A model generated the notes under the pieces. That model was not told where the DNA came from and made no database searches. It was given only the letters and a program-made list of their open reading frames with translations. A stretch of 64,000 nt of DNA from Pyrinomonadaceae bacterium (GTDB lineage Bacteria; Acidobacteriota; Blastocatellia; Pyrinomonadales; Pyrinomonadaceae): the NCBI GenBank assembly GCA_036389235.1, contig DASVQJ010000223.1, positions 8,333 through 72,332 of the forward strand, in the 5' to 3' direction. Each line of letters opens with the position of its first letter. The stretch's first letter is position 1. This document shows positions 57,136 through 64,000 of this stretch, piece after piece. The position numbers were made by a program, and so were the translations under genes.

Positions 57136-58785
57136 TCAGGGCTGCTTCATTACCGCGGCCCCGGTTGGGGGAATGAGCCTCGTGATGCACCGGCGGTAAT
57201 GCTCGACCTCACGCGCCGCGCGCCCGTCATCCCAGCCGAGGAACCTCTGCGCGATGTTTACGGCGCGCTCCAGAGCGTCGAGCCCGACGCCGCTGTTGAG
57301 CCCGACCATCGTGCGCCGCAGCAGGCAGTCCGCGAGCGTCTCGGCCATCTCCTCGCGGAAGGCGTAGACGACCTCCGCGCCGACCGTGCCGGTCTCTTCG
57401 CTGACGACCTCAGACAGTTCGGCGTCGCCCCGCGCGAGCCGCAGGACTTCCGTCGCGCGCACGCCGTAGACCTTCAGAAGCCGCGCGATACTCTTCGGCG
57501 GGAGCGCGCGCCGCGCTTCGAAGTCGCGGCGGAACGCGTCGAAGTCTTCGACGGCGGCGCCGGGCAGCGGCACGTCCGCGGTCTGACAGGGCGGGGGAGT
57601 CTTGCCGAGCGTGCGGAAGATTAAATCGACCGCGCCTTCGGCGAGCGCGCGGTAGGTCGTGAGCTTGCCGCCGACGATTGAGAAGAGGCCGCGCACGTCT
57701 GCGGGCCTGATGAAGTGGCGGCGGGTGATGCCACTCTCCTGCCCTTCGGCGACGCGCGGGAGCGGCCGCACGCCCGAGTAAGTGTAGAGCACGTCGCCGC
57801 GCGTGAGCCGCGCCGAGGGCAGGACGCGGTTCGTCTCGCGCAGAAGGTATTCGACCTCGCGCCCGTCCGCCTCGACGCGGTCGAGGTCTCCCGCGTAGCG
57901 CTCGTCGGTCGTCCCTATCAGGAACTTGTCGTCCCAGGGCACGACGAAGAAGGGGCGGCCGTCTTCGACCGCCTCGGCGTAGACGGCCGCGCGCGGCGCG
58001 CCCTCGAAGGCGCGGACGACGACGTGGCTGCCCTTCGTCCCGCCTATCAGTTTGCCTCCCTCGGCGGCCGAGCCTTCGAGCACCTCGTCCACCCACGGGC
58101 CTGCGGCGTTGAGGACGAACGCCGCGCGCGCCTCGTGCGTGGCCCCGCCGAGAAGGTCTTTGAAGACGACGCCGCGGGCCGCGCCGCCTTCGACGAGCAG
58201 ACGCTCGACGCGCGCGTACGTCAGGACGGTCGCACCGTGCGCCCGAGCGTCCAGGGCGTTCTCGACCGCGAGCCGCTCGGCGTACTCGACCTGCGCGTCG
58301 TAGAAGAGCGCCGCGCCGCGCAGGCCCTCGGGTTCGAGGCCGGGCGCGTGCCGGAGCGCTTCCGTCCCGTCGAGCATCCGGTGGCGCGGGAGCGACCCGG
58401 ACGAAGACAGCACGTCGTAGGCGAGCATCCCGGCGCGCACGGTGAGAGGGCCGCGGCGCCGCCCAGCGTAGACGGGGACGAGCATCGGGAGCGGGCGGAC
58501 GAGGTGCGGGGCGACCCTGCGCAGCAGCGTCTCGCGCTCGCGCAGCGACTCGCGCACGAGCCCGACCTCGCCGTGTTCGAGGTAACGCAGCCCGCCGTGA
58601 ATCAAACGCGTCGAGGCCGCCGTCGTCCCCGCCGCGATGTCGCCCTTGTCGAGCAGCAGCACGCGCAACCCCCTCATCGCCGCGTCGCGCGCCACCCCGC
58701 ACCCGTTCACCCCCGCGCCGATGACGACCACGTCGAAGGTCGTACAAGAAATGTCCCGCCCGACTTTCCTCATCTTCATCCGCAC
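57136..58785 (-). CDS. glpD: FAD-dependent glycerol-3-phosphate dehydrogenase
   Basis: FDVVVIGAGVNGCGVARDAAMRGL, TSTRLIHGGLRYLE, and a C-terminal GlpD alpha-helical domain. Confidence 0.85.
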   Translation of the reverse strand: MRMKMRKVGRDISCTTFDVVVIGAGVNGCGVARDAAMRGLRVLLLDKGDIAAGTTAASTRLIHGGLRYLEHGEVGLVRESLRERETLLRRVAPHLVRPLPMLVPVYAGRRRGPLTVRAGMLAYDVLSSSGSLPRHRMLDGTEALRHAPGLEPEGLRGAALFYDAQVEYAERLAVENALDARAHGATVLTYARVERLLVEGGAARGVVFKDLLGGATHEARAAFVLNAAGPWVDEVLEGSAAEGGKLIGGTKGSHVVVRAFEGAPRAAVYAEAVEDGRPFFVVPWDDKFLIGTTDERYAGDLDRVEADGREVEYLLRETNRVLPSARLTRGDVLYTYSGVRPLPRVAEGQESGITRRHFIRPADVRGLFSIVGGKLTTYRALAEGAVDLIFRTLGKTPPPCQTADVPLPGAAVEDFDAFRRDFEARRALPPKSIARLLKVYGVRATEVLRLARGDAELSEVVSEETGTVGAEVVYAFREEMAETLADCLLRRTMVGLNSGVGLDALERAVNIAQRFLGWDDGRAAREVEHYRRCITRLIPPTGAAVMKQP

Positions 58786-58851
58786 CGGCGAAAGAAAAAT
58801 TCACAGGGATGGTCAGGATGAACAGGGTTAAGAATTGAAGATTTGAGATTT

Positions 58852-58859
58852 CAAATTTG
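58852..58859. repeat. Left 8-bp target-site duplication (caaatttg)
   Basis: Identical octamer at 63809-63816. The paralogous uninterrupted hairpin near 56920 has a single caaatttg. Confidence 0.7.
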
Positions 58860-58920
58860 GGTGATAATATACTTGACGAATCATCACCCAAAGATAGACA
58901 ATGGGCGCGTCGGGGGGCTT

Positions 58921-60600
58921 ATGCTCCCGGCAAAGGCTGTCACTATACCATGCCGAAAGACCAGAATCGGCCACTGGGGGAATGCCGTGCCCACTAACCT
59001 CGTAAACCTTGACGCGCTGATTCCGCGTGAAGACTTTGAGATTCGGGAAGATGCCGTGCGCTTTGAGCAACGCGACAGGATTGCGATTAATGACTTGAAT
59101 CCCGGCTTCTTCTACAACGCGCTAAGGAAGCCCGACTTTCAGCGCGAAACGTCGGGCTGGAATGCCCCCAAGATAGCCGACTTGGTTACTAGCTATCTGA
59201 GCGGCGACCTAATCCCGGCCGTCATCCTATGGCAGCCGGAAAACGGCGGCAGCATTTTTGTCATAGACGGAGCCCATCGCCTGAGCGCCTTAATCGCTTG
59301 GGTGCGAGATGATTATGGCGACGGCGATGTGTCGCGCTCGTTTTTCAAAAACCAACTCCCTCCGGAGCAAGTCGCGGCGGCCGAGAGAACTCGGAAGCTG
59401 GTAAAAGGGACTGTGGGCTCATTCGCGGAGCATCTTGCGGCTACGCAGTACCCCGAACAATCCAGGCCGGAAGTCAGGGCGCGGGCCAGACGCTTGGGGA
59501 CGCTGGCCGTCATAGTTCAATGGGTGAACGGCAACGCGGACAAGGCCGAGCAGTCGTTTTTCAAAATCAACCAAGAGGCGACGCCGATTGACCCGACCGA
59601 ACTTCGCATCCTGCGCGCCCGCAAACACGCTAACGCTTTGGCCGCGCGCGCAATCATGCGAGCCGGGACGGGGCATCGGTATTGGGAGCAATTCACCGAA
59701 GAGTATCAGAAAGGGATTGAAACTATGGCGGCGGAGATTCACCGGATTCTGTTCTCGCCGCCGCTGGTGACGCCCATTAAGACGCTGGACTTGCCCGTTG
59801 CCGGGCGTTCTTATTCGGCCCTAACGCTGCCGCTCATCTATGACTTGGTAAACCTAGCTAACGGCGAAACGCCGCTCACACCGGCCGAAAAAGCCAAGAC
59901 CCCCAAGAAAGGGGAGAAGGTCAAGGAGATTCCAAAGCCTGACTTGACAGACCCCGACGGGCAAAAAACCATCCGGTATCTATCCAGGGTGCGGACTACC
60001 GTCCAAAGAATCTCGGGCACACATTCTTCGTCGCTCGGGCTTCACCCGGCCATTTACTTTTACAGCACGATGGGACGCCATCAGCCGACGGCGTTTCTAG
60101 CCGTGGTCGGTTTCATCATGGAACTTGAAAAGCGCGAGCAGCTAAAGGTCTTCACCGGACACCGGGAGAGGTTTGAGGACTTTCTACTGGCGCAGAAAGA
60201 CATGGTGAACCAGATTGTGAGGCGCTTCGGTGGCGGCTTAAAGCCGTTCTATAGGCTTAAAAACTTTTATCACTTCGTCTACGAGGCCATTAAGGCGGGG
60301 AAGGATGACGCACAGATACTCAGCGAACTCGAAAAGCATGAAGTCTTCGCGTTCGTCAAAGCCTTACCGGCATACGAAGAAGAAACCGAACAGCAAGACT
60401 TCAAGACATCGGTTAAGTCGGGGGCGTTCTTGAAGGCTGCCCTGGAAGCGCCCCGCGAGCGGTGCGGGATATGTCACGCCAGGCTCCATGTCAATTCCAT
60501 CTCTCTTGACCATATCGTGAGGAAAGCGGACGGCGGAATAGGGACGCTGGACAACTCGCAACTGGCGCACCCGTATTGCGATTCGACGGTGAAGAACTAA
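58921..60600 (+). CDS. ParB/sulfiredoxin-fold DUF262/DndB-like domain fused to a C-terminal HNH nuclease motif
   Basis: N-terminal KPDFQRETSGW and VIDGAHRLSAL (compare the FQR...W and DGQ(Q/H)R motifs). SFFKINQEATPIDPTE. C-terminal CGICHARLHVNSISLDHIVRKADGGIGTLDNSQLAHPYC. The start is uncertain (58921 ATG or 58987 GTG). Confidence 0.6.
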   Translation: MLPAKAVTIPCRKTRIGHWGNAVPTNLVNLDALIPREDFEIREDAVRFEQRDRIAINDLNPGFFYNALRKPDFQRETSGWNAPKIADLVTSYLSGDLIPAVILWQPENGGSIFVIDGAHRLSALIAWVRDDYGDGDVSRSFFKNQLPPEQVAAAERTRKLVKGTVGSFAEHLAATQYPEQSRPEVRARARRLGTLAVIVQWVNGNADKAEQSFFKINQEATPIDPTELRILRARKHANALAARAIMRAGTGHRYWEQFTEEYQKGIETMAAEIHRILFSPPLVTPIKTLDLPVAGRSYSALTLPLIYDLVNLANGETPLTPAEKAKTPKKGEKVKEIPKPDLTDPDGQKTIRYLSRVRTTVQRISGTHSSSLGLHPAIYFYSTMGRHQPTAFLAVVGFIMELEKREQLKVFTGHRERFEDFLLAQKDMVNQIVRRFGGGLKPFYRLKNFYHFVYEAIKAGKDDAQILSELEKHEVFAFVKALPAYEEETEQQDFKTSVKSGAFLKAALEAPRERCGICHARLHVNSISLDHIVRKADGGIGTLDNSQLAHPYCDSTVKN

Positions 60601-60603
60601 GCC

Positions 60604-60777
60604 ATGAGTGAACCTAAAAAGCCGGATGAGTTTGAGGAGTTCGACAAGGTAATGGGCGGACTCTTATCCGTCCCTTACTCGGAACTTCAAAAGAAGTTGG
60701 AAGAAGAAAAGAAGGCGAAGGAGAAAGAGAAGGGGAAGCGGGCGCCAAGCCCGACAACCCGCCAACGGCGGCGGTAG
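60604..60777 (+). CDS. Small Lys/Glu-rich protein (57 aa), likely co-transcribed with the nuclease-like gene
   Basis: The ATG lies 3 nt after the upstream stop. Sequence MSEPKKPDEFEEFDKVMGGLLSVPYSELQKKLEEEKKAKEKEKGKRAPSPTTRQRRR. It is below the ORF-track cutoff and I translated it by hand. Confidence 0.45.
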   Translation: MSEPKKPDEFEEFDKVMGGLLSVPYSELQKKLEEEKKAKEKEKGKRAPSPTTRQRRR

Positions 60778-60928
60778 ATTTCTCGCGCCGCAAAAACTAT
60801 TGCATTCTACGCCGCGCGGGTTTACTCTTCGGCGCGTGGGTGTCGCCTCTGCTTTCCGACCCTCACACAAGCACACTACTACCTAGCCGCCACTAGGCAG
60901 CGTTGCCCCGTGTGTAATTGCGCGTGAC

Positions 60929-61117
60929 TTAGAGCAGAACCGCGAGCAGTTCCAGCGCGATCTGTGTCAGGGCGTTCGGCGCGTCGTTCGACATCTCGCC
61001 GTCCGTCGTGGCGCTAGTCTGCGGCGGCGGCGCGGGCTTGTCGTTCGGCATATCGCCCGCGACGGCCGGGCCGGTCAGGAGTAGAACAAGCAGACAAGTT
61101 CCTAGAGTTTTACGCAT
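60929..61117 (-). CDS. Small secreted peptide precursor (62 aa)
   Basis: aaggga SD-like sequence before ATG 61117. Signal peptide MRKTLGTCLLVLLLTGPAVAG. The mature part has an internal repeat (GDMPNDKPAPP / GEMSNDAPNA) and a hydrophobic C-terminus IALELLAVLL. Confidence 0.5.
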   Translation of the reverse strand: MRKTLGTCLLVLLLTGPAVAGDMPNDKPAPPPQTSATTDGEMSNDAPNALTQIALELLAVLL

Positions 61118-61156
61118 CACTTTCCCTTTCGTGGTAATGGGAGCTAACCACCGTCG

Positions 61157-61213
61157 CCGCCGTATCTTCGTGATATACGGCGGCTTTGCTGCGTATGACA
61201 CAAAAGTGTCATA
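61157..61213. promoter_or_regulatory. Two perfect palindromes in the divergent spacer between the peptide gene and the TPR-HTH gene
   Basis: ccgccgtat-N9-atacggcgg (61157-61183) and tatgacac-aaaa-gtgtcata (61194-61213). Confidence 0.45.
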
Positions 61214-61234
61214 GCAGAGAAAGGCTGGCCTCAC

Positions 61235-62719
61235 ATGAATTTAGCAGACGACCGCCTTAAGGAACTAGATAACCCTTCACTGACTGAGAGCGAGCGCGTC
61301 ACGCTGCGCTGCCAAGTGGCGGCAGACCTCATCCACAAAGGCCAGTACGAAGCCGCACGCGAGGCGCTAGGCGAGTTGTGGCTAGGCGTCGGGCAGAGGC
61401 CGCCCGTTCGGAACCTACCGCCCGCCCTGGACGCCGAAGTCCTGCTTAGGTGTGGCACGCTGACGCGACTACTGGGCAACGTCCGTAATGTCGCGGGGGC
61501 ACAAGAGCAGGCTAAGGACATGCTCTCCGAAGCGGCGCGGACGTTCCGCGCCGAAGGGATGCCCGTTAAGGTGTCGGAGGCTCAGTATGAACTTGCCATG
61601 TGTTATTGGTGGTTAGGCGAGCATGATGAGGCGCGGGTGGTGCTTGAAGAGGCACTAATGCCTTTGACGGATGCTGACGTAGAACTGAAGGCGAAGATTC
61701 TTATCAGGCGAACGATTGTTGAAGTATGGGACAACAGGTATTACGACGCCTTGAACATTCTGAGAGACGCGGAGCCGGTTTTCGAGTCGGCAAACGACGC
61801 GCTCAAAGGCAGGTGGCACGGGCAGAAGGGGCTAGTCCTCAGAAGGCTCGCCACGGCGGAAGGGCGGAGCGACTATGCGGACAGGGCGGTCATAGAGTTC
61901 ACGGCGGCGATTTATCATTACGAGCAGGCGGGACACGAAAGGTACTGCGCGACGAACCTTAATAACCTCGCCATGCTGCTTTATAAGGTGGGGCGATTCC
62001 GCGAAGCGCACGAACATCTTGACCGCGCGCAACTGATATTCACGAAGCTTAAGGACACGGGAAGTCTGGCGCAGGTGGATGAGACGCGCGCCCGTGTTCT
62101 AGTCGCGGAGAAGAAGTACCGCGACGCCGACCGCATCATTGCCGGAGTCATTAAGACCTTTGAACAGGGCGGCGAGTCCGCTCTGCTCGCGGACGCTCTC
62201 TCCATTCAAGGCGTCGTATGGGCGAGGCTCGGGCTGCATGAAGCTTCGATCAACATGCTGCGCGAAGCTATGAAGGTCGCGCAGGACTCCGGCGCTTTAA
62301 CTCAGGCCGGGCACGCGGCCGTGACACTGATAGAGGAACACGGCGCGGCGTGGCGGCTGTCGGCGTCGGACGTTATGAAGGTATACCGCCGCGCCAGTGA
62401 CTTCTTAAAAGGCTCGCAAGACATAGAGGATAAGGACAGACTTCTGGCGGGCGCGCGGGTGGTGATAAGGCGTCTGTCGGGGATGCAGTTCCACGACAAG
62501 AACTTTAGCTTTTACGGCGCGGTGCATGAGCTAGAGGAGAGGCTGATAGAGCAGGCTTTGGAATCGGAAGGGGGCAGCATCACGCGCGCCGCCGAGAGGC
62601 TAGGGTTAAAGCGCCAAGCACTGGCGAGTATGCTTCAGGCGCGGCACAAGAAGTTGATGGGCAAGCGCACGCCGCCAGTCCCGCGCCTCAAGAGCATTAT
62701 TAAAACGCCTAAAGAATAA
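61235..62719 (+). CDS. TPR-repeat protein with a C-terminal Fis-type helix-turn-helix
   Basis: About 400 aa of TPR-like helical pairs (e.g. YCATNLNNLAMLLYKVGRFREAHEHLDRA). The C-terminus LEERLIEQALESEGGSITRAAERLGLKRQALASMLQ resembles the NtrC/Fis HTH. Confidence 0.65.
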   Translation: MNLADDRLKELDNPSLTESERVTLRCQVAADLIHKGQYEAAREALGELWLGVGQRPPVRNLPPALDAEVLLRCGTLTRLLGNVRNVAGAQEQAKDMLSEAARTFRAEGMPVKVSEAQYELAMCYWWLGEHDEARVVLEEALMPLTDADVELKAKILIRRTIVEVWDNRYYDALNILRDAEPVFESANDALKGRWHGQKGLVLRRLATAEGRSDYADRAVIEFTAAIYHYEQAGHERYCATNLNNLAMLLYKVGRFREAHEHLDRAQLIFTKLKDTGSLAQVDETRARVLVAEKKYRDADRIIAGVIKTFEQGGESALLADALSIQGVVWARLGLHEASINMLREAMKVAQDSGALTQAGHAAVTLIEEHGAAWRLSASDVMKVYRRASDFLKGSQDIEDKDRLLAGARVVIRRLSGMQFHDKNFSFYGAVHELEERLIEQALESEGGSITRAAERLGLKRQALASMLQARHKKLMGKRTPPVPRLKSIIKTPKE

Positions 62720-62746
62720 GAGGCGGGCTACTTCTTCGCCCGCCTC
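62720..62746. terminator. Hairpin between the convergent TPR-HTH and transposase genes
   Basis: gaggcgggc-tacttcttc-gcccgcctc. Confidence 0.55.
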
Positions 62747-62779
62747 CCGCGCTTCTTCAGGTTCAAAGAAGCGAACCGA

Positions 62780-63760
62780 CTAGCACGGTAATTTACCGTC
62801 GCCCGGCAGCTTGCCCGTCAGTTCGTCATAGGTGAGACGCTTGCCCGCCACCTGTCCGGTCACTTTATGAAAGCGGTCGCCGTCTTTACCGTGGCGCTCG
62901 TTGAAACGGAACGTCTGCTCGTCAAGGTAGCGGAACAGGTGATAGGGTTCGACGCTGACATACGTGCCCTTGATGCTGCGCTTCAGAAGGCTCCAAAAGT
63001 TCTCTATGCCGTTGGTGTGAATCTGGCCGTCAACGTACTTCTCCGCGTGGTCAACGAACTGGTGAACGTATGCAGGGTTAAGACCGAGGTAAGAGCGGTG
63101 CGCGTCCGTCATCACTTCGCAACCGGGTTCGACGTTGCTCTTAATCTCGTTGTGGAGCGTTTCCTGCGCCCTGTTAAGGATGACTTTAGCCCTGACCTTG
63201 CTGCCGTCGCCGTGGCGCTCAAGAAGGCCGAACACGATGGCCTTGCCGCATCCGCCCGGCCCCGTAATCTTGCGCTCGCGCACGTCCCGGTGCATGTTCT
63301 TCGACAGCCCGCCGATGAACGTCTCGTCGGCTTCAACCGGGGCGCCTTCGCCGCCCATCTTCTTCTCGAAAGAGCCGGTCTGCATCGCAAGGCGAATGCG
63401 GTGTATCATGAACCAAGCGGTCTTCTGAGTGACGCCGATAGCGCGGTGAATCTCGTAAGACGAGACGCCGTTCTTGCAGTTGGTAATCATCCAGACGGCC
63501 ATGAGCCACTTGTCGAGGCCGAGCGGCGAGTCTTCAAAGATGGTTCCGACCTTGACGCTGAACTGACGCTTGGCGTGCGCGCTCTTACACTGCCACTTGT
63601 TCTGCTTCGCCAGAAACGAAACGTCCGTGCGGCCGCACGTCGGGCAGATGACGCCGTTCGGCCAGCGGCGGGCGGCCATGTACTCGCGGCAGTTGTCGGG
63701 GTTAGCGAAGAATACGATGGCCTCTTGCAGTGTCTTCGGGGTGGCTTGCTTCGTCATCAT
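62780..63760 (-). CDS. IS1595-family transposase (N-terminal zinc ribbon plus ISXO2-like DDE domain)
   Basis: ARRWPNGVICPTCGRTDVSFLAKQNKWQCKSAHAKRQFSVKVGTIF, SSYEIHRAIGVTQKTAWFMIHRIR, VEADETFIGG. Confidence 0.85.
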   Translation of the reverse strand: MMTKQATPKTLQEAIVFFANPDNCREYMAARRWPNGVICPTCGRTDVSFLAKQNKWQCKSAHAKRQFSVKVGTIFEDSPLGLDKWLMAVWMITNCKNGVSSYEIHRAIGVTQKTAWFMIHRIRLAMQTGSFEKKMGGEGAPVEADETFIGGLSKNMHRDVRERKITGPGGCGKAIVFGLLERHGDGSKVRAKVILNRAQETLHNEIKSNVEPGCEVMTDAHRSYLGLNPAYVHQFVDHAEKYVDGQIHTNGIENFWSLLKRSIKGTYVSVEPYHLFRYLDEQTFRFNERHGKDGDRFHKVTGQVAGKRLTYDELTGKLPGDGKLPC

Positions 63761-63766
63761 GCAGTG

Positions 63767-63795
63767 ATACTAGCATGACGGGCTTGATTCGTCAA
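63767..63795 (-). promoter_or_regulatory. Candidate transposase promoter with its -35 inside the right terminal repeat
   Basis: The minus strand reads TTGACG (63795-63790), 17 nt, TAGTAT (63772-63767). The ATG lies 6 nt after the -10, which implies a leaderless or near-leaderless mRNA. Confidence 0.45.
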
Positions 63796-63808
63796 GTATA
63801 TTATCACC

Positions 63809-63816
63809 CAAATTTG
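63809..63816. repeat. Right 8-bp target-site duplication (caaatttg)
   Basis: See 58852-58859. Confidence 0.7.
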
Positions 63817-63838
63817 AAATCTTCAATCAAACATTCTC

Positions 63839-64000
63839 TTATCCCGTCCGTCCCTGTGAATTCTCGCTTACGTCATCGCGCTCCCAATCCCGCGCGCGCT
63901 CGACGGCGCGGAGCCAGCGGCGGTGGAGTCGTTCGCGCTCGTCCCCGGGCATCCGCGGCTCGTAGCGGCGCGCGACGCGCCAGCGCGCGGCGATCTCGCG
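63839..64000 (-). CDS. glpK: Glycerol kinase, C-terminal 53 codons (the gene continues beyond the window)
   Basis: The minus-strand translation ...REIAARWRVARRYEPRMPGDERERLHRRWLRAVERARDWERDDV... matches the characteristic GlpK C-terminus (W..ERRFEP.M......Y..W..AV.R...W). Confidence 0.7.
   Translation of the reverse strand, partial: REIAARWRVARRYEPRMPGDERERLHRRWLRAVERARDWERDDVSENSQGRTG

Larger units (their letters stand above)
58860..63808. mobile_element. IS1595-family transposon carrying passenger genes (4949 bp)
   Basis: Perfect 23-bp terminal inverted repeats ggtgataatatacttgacgaatc (58860-58882 / 63786-63808). IS1595-type transposase at the right end. Sampled lines are about 48-55% GC, against about 68% in the flanks. 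Flanked by an 8-bp duplication. Confidence 0.85.

Noticed and set aside
58843-58920. N-terminal extension of the nuclease-like ORF starting at 58843
   Set aside because: The extension would start outside the element, cross the target duplication and translate the terminal inverted repeat (MRFQIWVIIYLTNHHP...). An internal ATG at 58921 or GTG at 58987 is more plausible.

Overview
64-kb segment of a high-GC bacterial chromosome (my estimate is about 68-70% GC). Gene content and repeat style suggest a soil Acidobacteriota-like organism, but I cannot prove that from the sequence alone.

Backbone genes:
- Housekeeping: coaX (5' partial), rlmD-like RNA methyltransferase, comEC, comEA, ftsK, prfB (classical +1 frameshift site), lnt, tRNA-Glu, selD (in-frame UGA, read as selenocysteine), glpD and glpK (3' part).
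- Large secreted or envelope proteins: pentapeptide-repeat giant, M23 and M28 peptidases, a Tat-signal tyrosinase-like/lectin-propeller fusion, sialate O-acetylesterase-like protein, and a 2053-aa alpha-2-macroglobulin.
- One signalling operon: hybrid histidine kinase, RsbQ-like hydrolase, PAS-STAS protein.

Three insertion structures stand out:
1. Two tandem low-GC islets of about 2.8 kb at 19.5-25.4 kb. Neither encodes a recombinase, and each regenerates the last 215 bp of comEC.
2. A 3.7-kb insert at 10.3-14.9 kb, flanked by direct copies of the promoter and 5' end of the M28 peptidase gene.
3. A 4949-bp IS1595-type transposon at 58860-63808, with 23-bp terminal inverted repeats and an 8-bp target duplication. 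It sits in the centre of a palindromic element between glpK and glpD. It carries a ParB/DUF262-like plus HNH nuclease gene, and a TPR plus Fis-HTH regulator next to a divergent small secreted-peptide gene.

The genome also has a distinctive class of long intergenic hairpins whose arms are tandem 7-8 nt words, and two REP/MITE-like repeat families.

All functional calls come from motif recognition by eye. No database searches were run. Many long ORFs in the track are antisense shadow ORFs of the kind high-GC DNA produces.
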